Positions 62,213 to 64,000 of a stretch of 64,000 nt of DNA are shown piece after piece; within the stretch, counting starts at the first letter, position 1, and each line of letters opens with the position of its first letter. Below the pieces are notes generated by a model, which saw nothing but the letters and a program-made list of their open reading frames with translations, did not search any database and was not told the DNA's origin. Source of the DNA: Mobula hypostoma (lineage: Eukaryota); contig NC_086103.1 in assembly GCF_963921235.1 (NCBI RefSeq), positions 106,888,001-106,952,000 on the forward strand, given 5' to 3'. The position numbers and the translations under genes are program-made.

Positions 62213-62790
62213 AAGAAGGTGGGTGGAGGAGAAGGAGTACAAGTTGGCAGGTGACAGGTGAGACCAGCTGAGGGGGTATGATGTAAGGATCTGGGAGGGA
62301 ATAGGTAGAAGAGGTAAATTGATGGAGAAGAAGGAACCTAATAGGAGAGGACAGTGGACCATGGAAGAAAGCGAAGGGGAAACAGAGGGAGATGTTGAGC
62401 AGGTGAGAAGAAGAGAAGGTGCGTGAGAGTAACAAAAATGGAGATGGAGGAGTGAGAAATTACTTGATGTTGGAGAGATCAGTGTTTATGCTATCAGGAT
62501 TTTCCTGTTTCCTTTTATTTCATAGCCCATGGTCCTCTGCTGTTAGATTTCCTCTCCAGACCTTTATCTCTTCCACTTATCACCTCACAGCTTCTTGTTT
62601 CATCGCTTCCCAACTCATCCACTTTCCCCTTCACTTAGTTTCACCTATCACCTGCCAGTTTGTACTCCTCCTCCTCCTCCCACCCTACGTTCTTATTCTG
62701 GCTTCTAACCCTTCCTTTGTGATCCTGATTGAGGCCTCATCGACTCCGTATTCCCCTCCATAGATGCTCCCTGAATTGCTGAGTTCCTCT
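62213..62790. mobile_element. Penelope 3' region in inverted duplication
   Basis: 62213-62500 resembles 49850-50150; 62500-62790 is its inverted counterpart, ending atagatgct..tgctgagttcctc. Confidence 0.8.
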
Positions 62791-62904
62791 GGTACTCCTC
62801 AAAGATAGGACATCCTTGATTTAAGAAATCTTAATAATAGTTTGCCCCTCTCTAAGGGCATTGGAACCCAACCTGCCCATTTCATGGTGCTTGCTGTACT
62901 CACA

Positions 62905-63148
62905 GTAGTGAGAGGGGAATGGTTTAATAGTAATTGGAGGAGTTACCCTTTTACACAAAGTGTGTATGTGGAATGAGCTGCCGAGGATGTGGTTAAGGGA
63001 GGTACGATAATACCTTTTGAAAATCAATTGATAGGAATGGTTTAGAAGATTATGGGCCAAACACAGACAACTGGGACTGGCTTGGATGAGGATCTTGGTC
63101 TGTGTGGACCAGCTGGTCTGAGGGGCTTGTCTCTGTGCTGTCTGACTG
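62905..63148 (+). mobile_element. CR1 3' end, old
   Basis: tggaatgagctgcc..ttatgggccaaa..gtctctgtgctgtctgact. Confidence 0.7.
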
Positions 63149-64000
63149 TAGAAATAACGTTCACACTCAACCTCAAAAGAAGTGGTCAGTGCACTTAAAA
63201 TAAAGTCTACATGATGGAATTGGGGAAAGAGGGAAAACAGGGAATGAACACTGTATCAGCCAGTACCTGACCATGGAGTGTTGTGTGCTCATCAGAGCTT
63301 CAATAACCTTGCAATCAGTGGCATACATTAGATTACACGTAGAAGGGTCTTAGTTGCTCTAATACATCCACAGTCAAGTTGATCTCAACGGACATTTTTT
63401 TTTCTTTTAAATAAAACTTCTTGGGATGTCAAATAACATGTTGTTTAGGGGTCATTTAATTCATGCACAGTTCACTATTTCCAATGCAATGTACCCTTCA
63501 TTCTATCCTGAGTTATTTATGAAGGTCGCAAGTCGTGACCTTTTGACCCAATTTCTGCTGCTAAATAGTTTTAAAAAGAAGCGTATGTTGGTAACATTAA
63601 TAGGTGCATAGAATGCAATGAGGAAATAATGTTAGGGCAAATCATTTCAGCAAATATCCAGTCCAGTTCCCCTGGGGCAGGACTTCTAACCTTTCAAAAT
63701 TGGTGGAAAAATACTTTAAAAAAGGAAAGTTAAACTTAAAAGCTTGCACGGATAGATTTAATTCCCAGTCAACTGGATGCAATGGATCTTTGTGTCTAAG
63801 AATTGTAATGCAGAACCACAAGACTGGAAGTTGAAAGAAGTTCAACGTTCAAAATTTAAGTTCTGTATAATACCAGGTTCCACTTTCTGCGGGTCAGTTT
63901 CTTTAATCAATCAATGGAAACCTCCGTACTTTGAGAGTACAATGATACATTCACATTACCTGATACCACACCCCATATCGCTTCTTGTTACACTTTGTAA

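Overview
This is eukaryotic, repeat-dense genomic DNA with no prokaryotic features. The repeat set (several CR1 subfamilies, Rex/Babar-type LINEs, Penelope termini, HE1/V-SINE-, LF-SINE- and Deu-SINE-like elements) points to a cartilaginous fish, probably a ray; this assignment is inferred from recognised repeats. The window holds a decayed Ty3/Gypsy element with both LTRs and a 5-bp TSD (1475-5123) and a solo LTR of its family (60197-60442). It also holds a sushi-like LTR element reduced to two ~1-kb LTRs around 160 bp (56100-58226), an internally deleted class I endogenous retrovirus (~28870-33392, minus strand), an old Gypsy relic, three more solo LTRs, a near-full-length CR1 with nested insertions, many LINE fragments, LINE-parasitic non-autonomous retroposons, a hAT MITE and a Tigger-like relic. 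No host gene could be named; only a few candidate minus-strand exons were seen. The most interesting signals are RNA-structural. (i) The 1475-5123 Gypsy has no tRNA primer-binding site; its PBS position base-pairs with the LTR segment carrying AATAAA, suggesting self-priming coupled to poly(A)-site masking. (ii) The miniature sushi-like element keeps a complete Tf1-type self-priming architecture. (iii) Penelope fragments carry minimal hammerhead ribozyme motifs, one apparently intact in a 98-bp insertion. Family names come from motif recognition, not database searches, and boundaries without a TSD are approximate.
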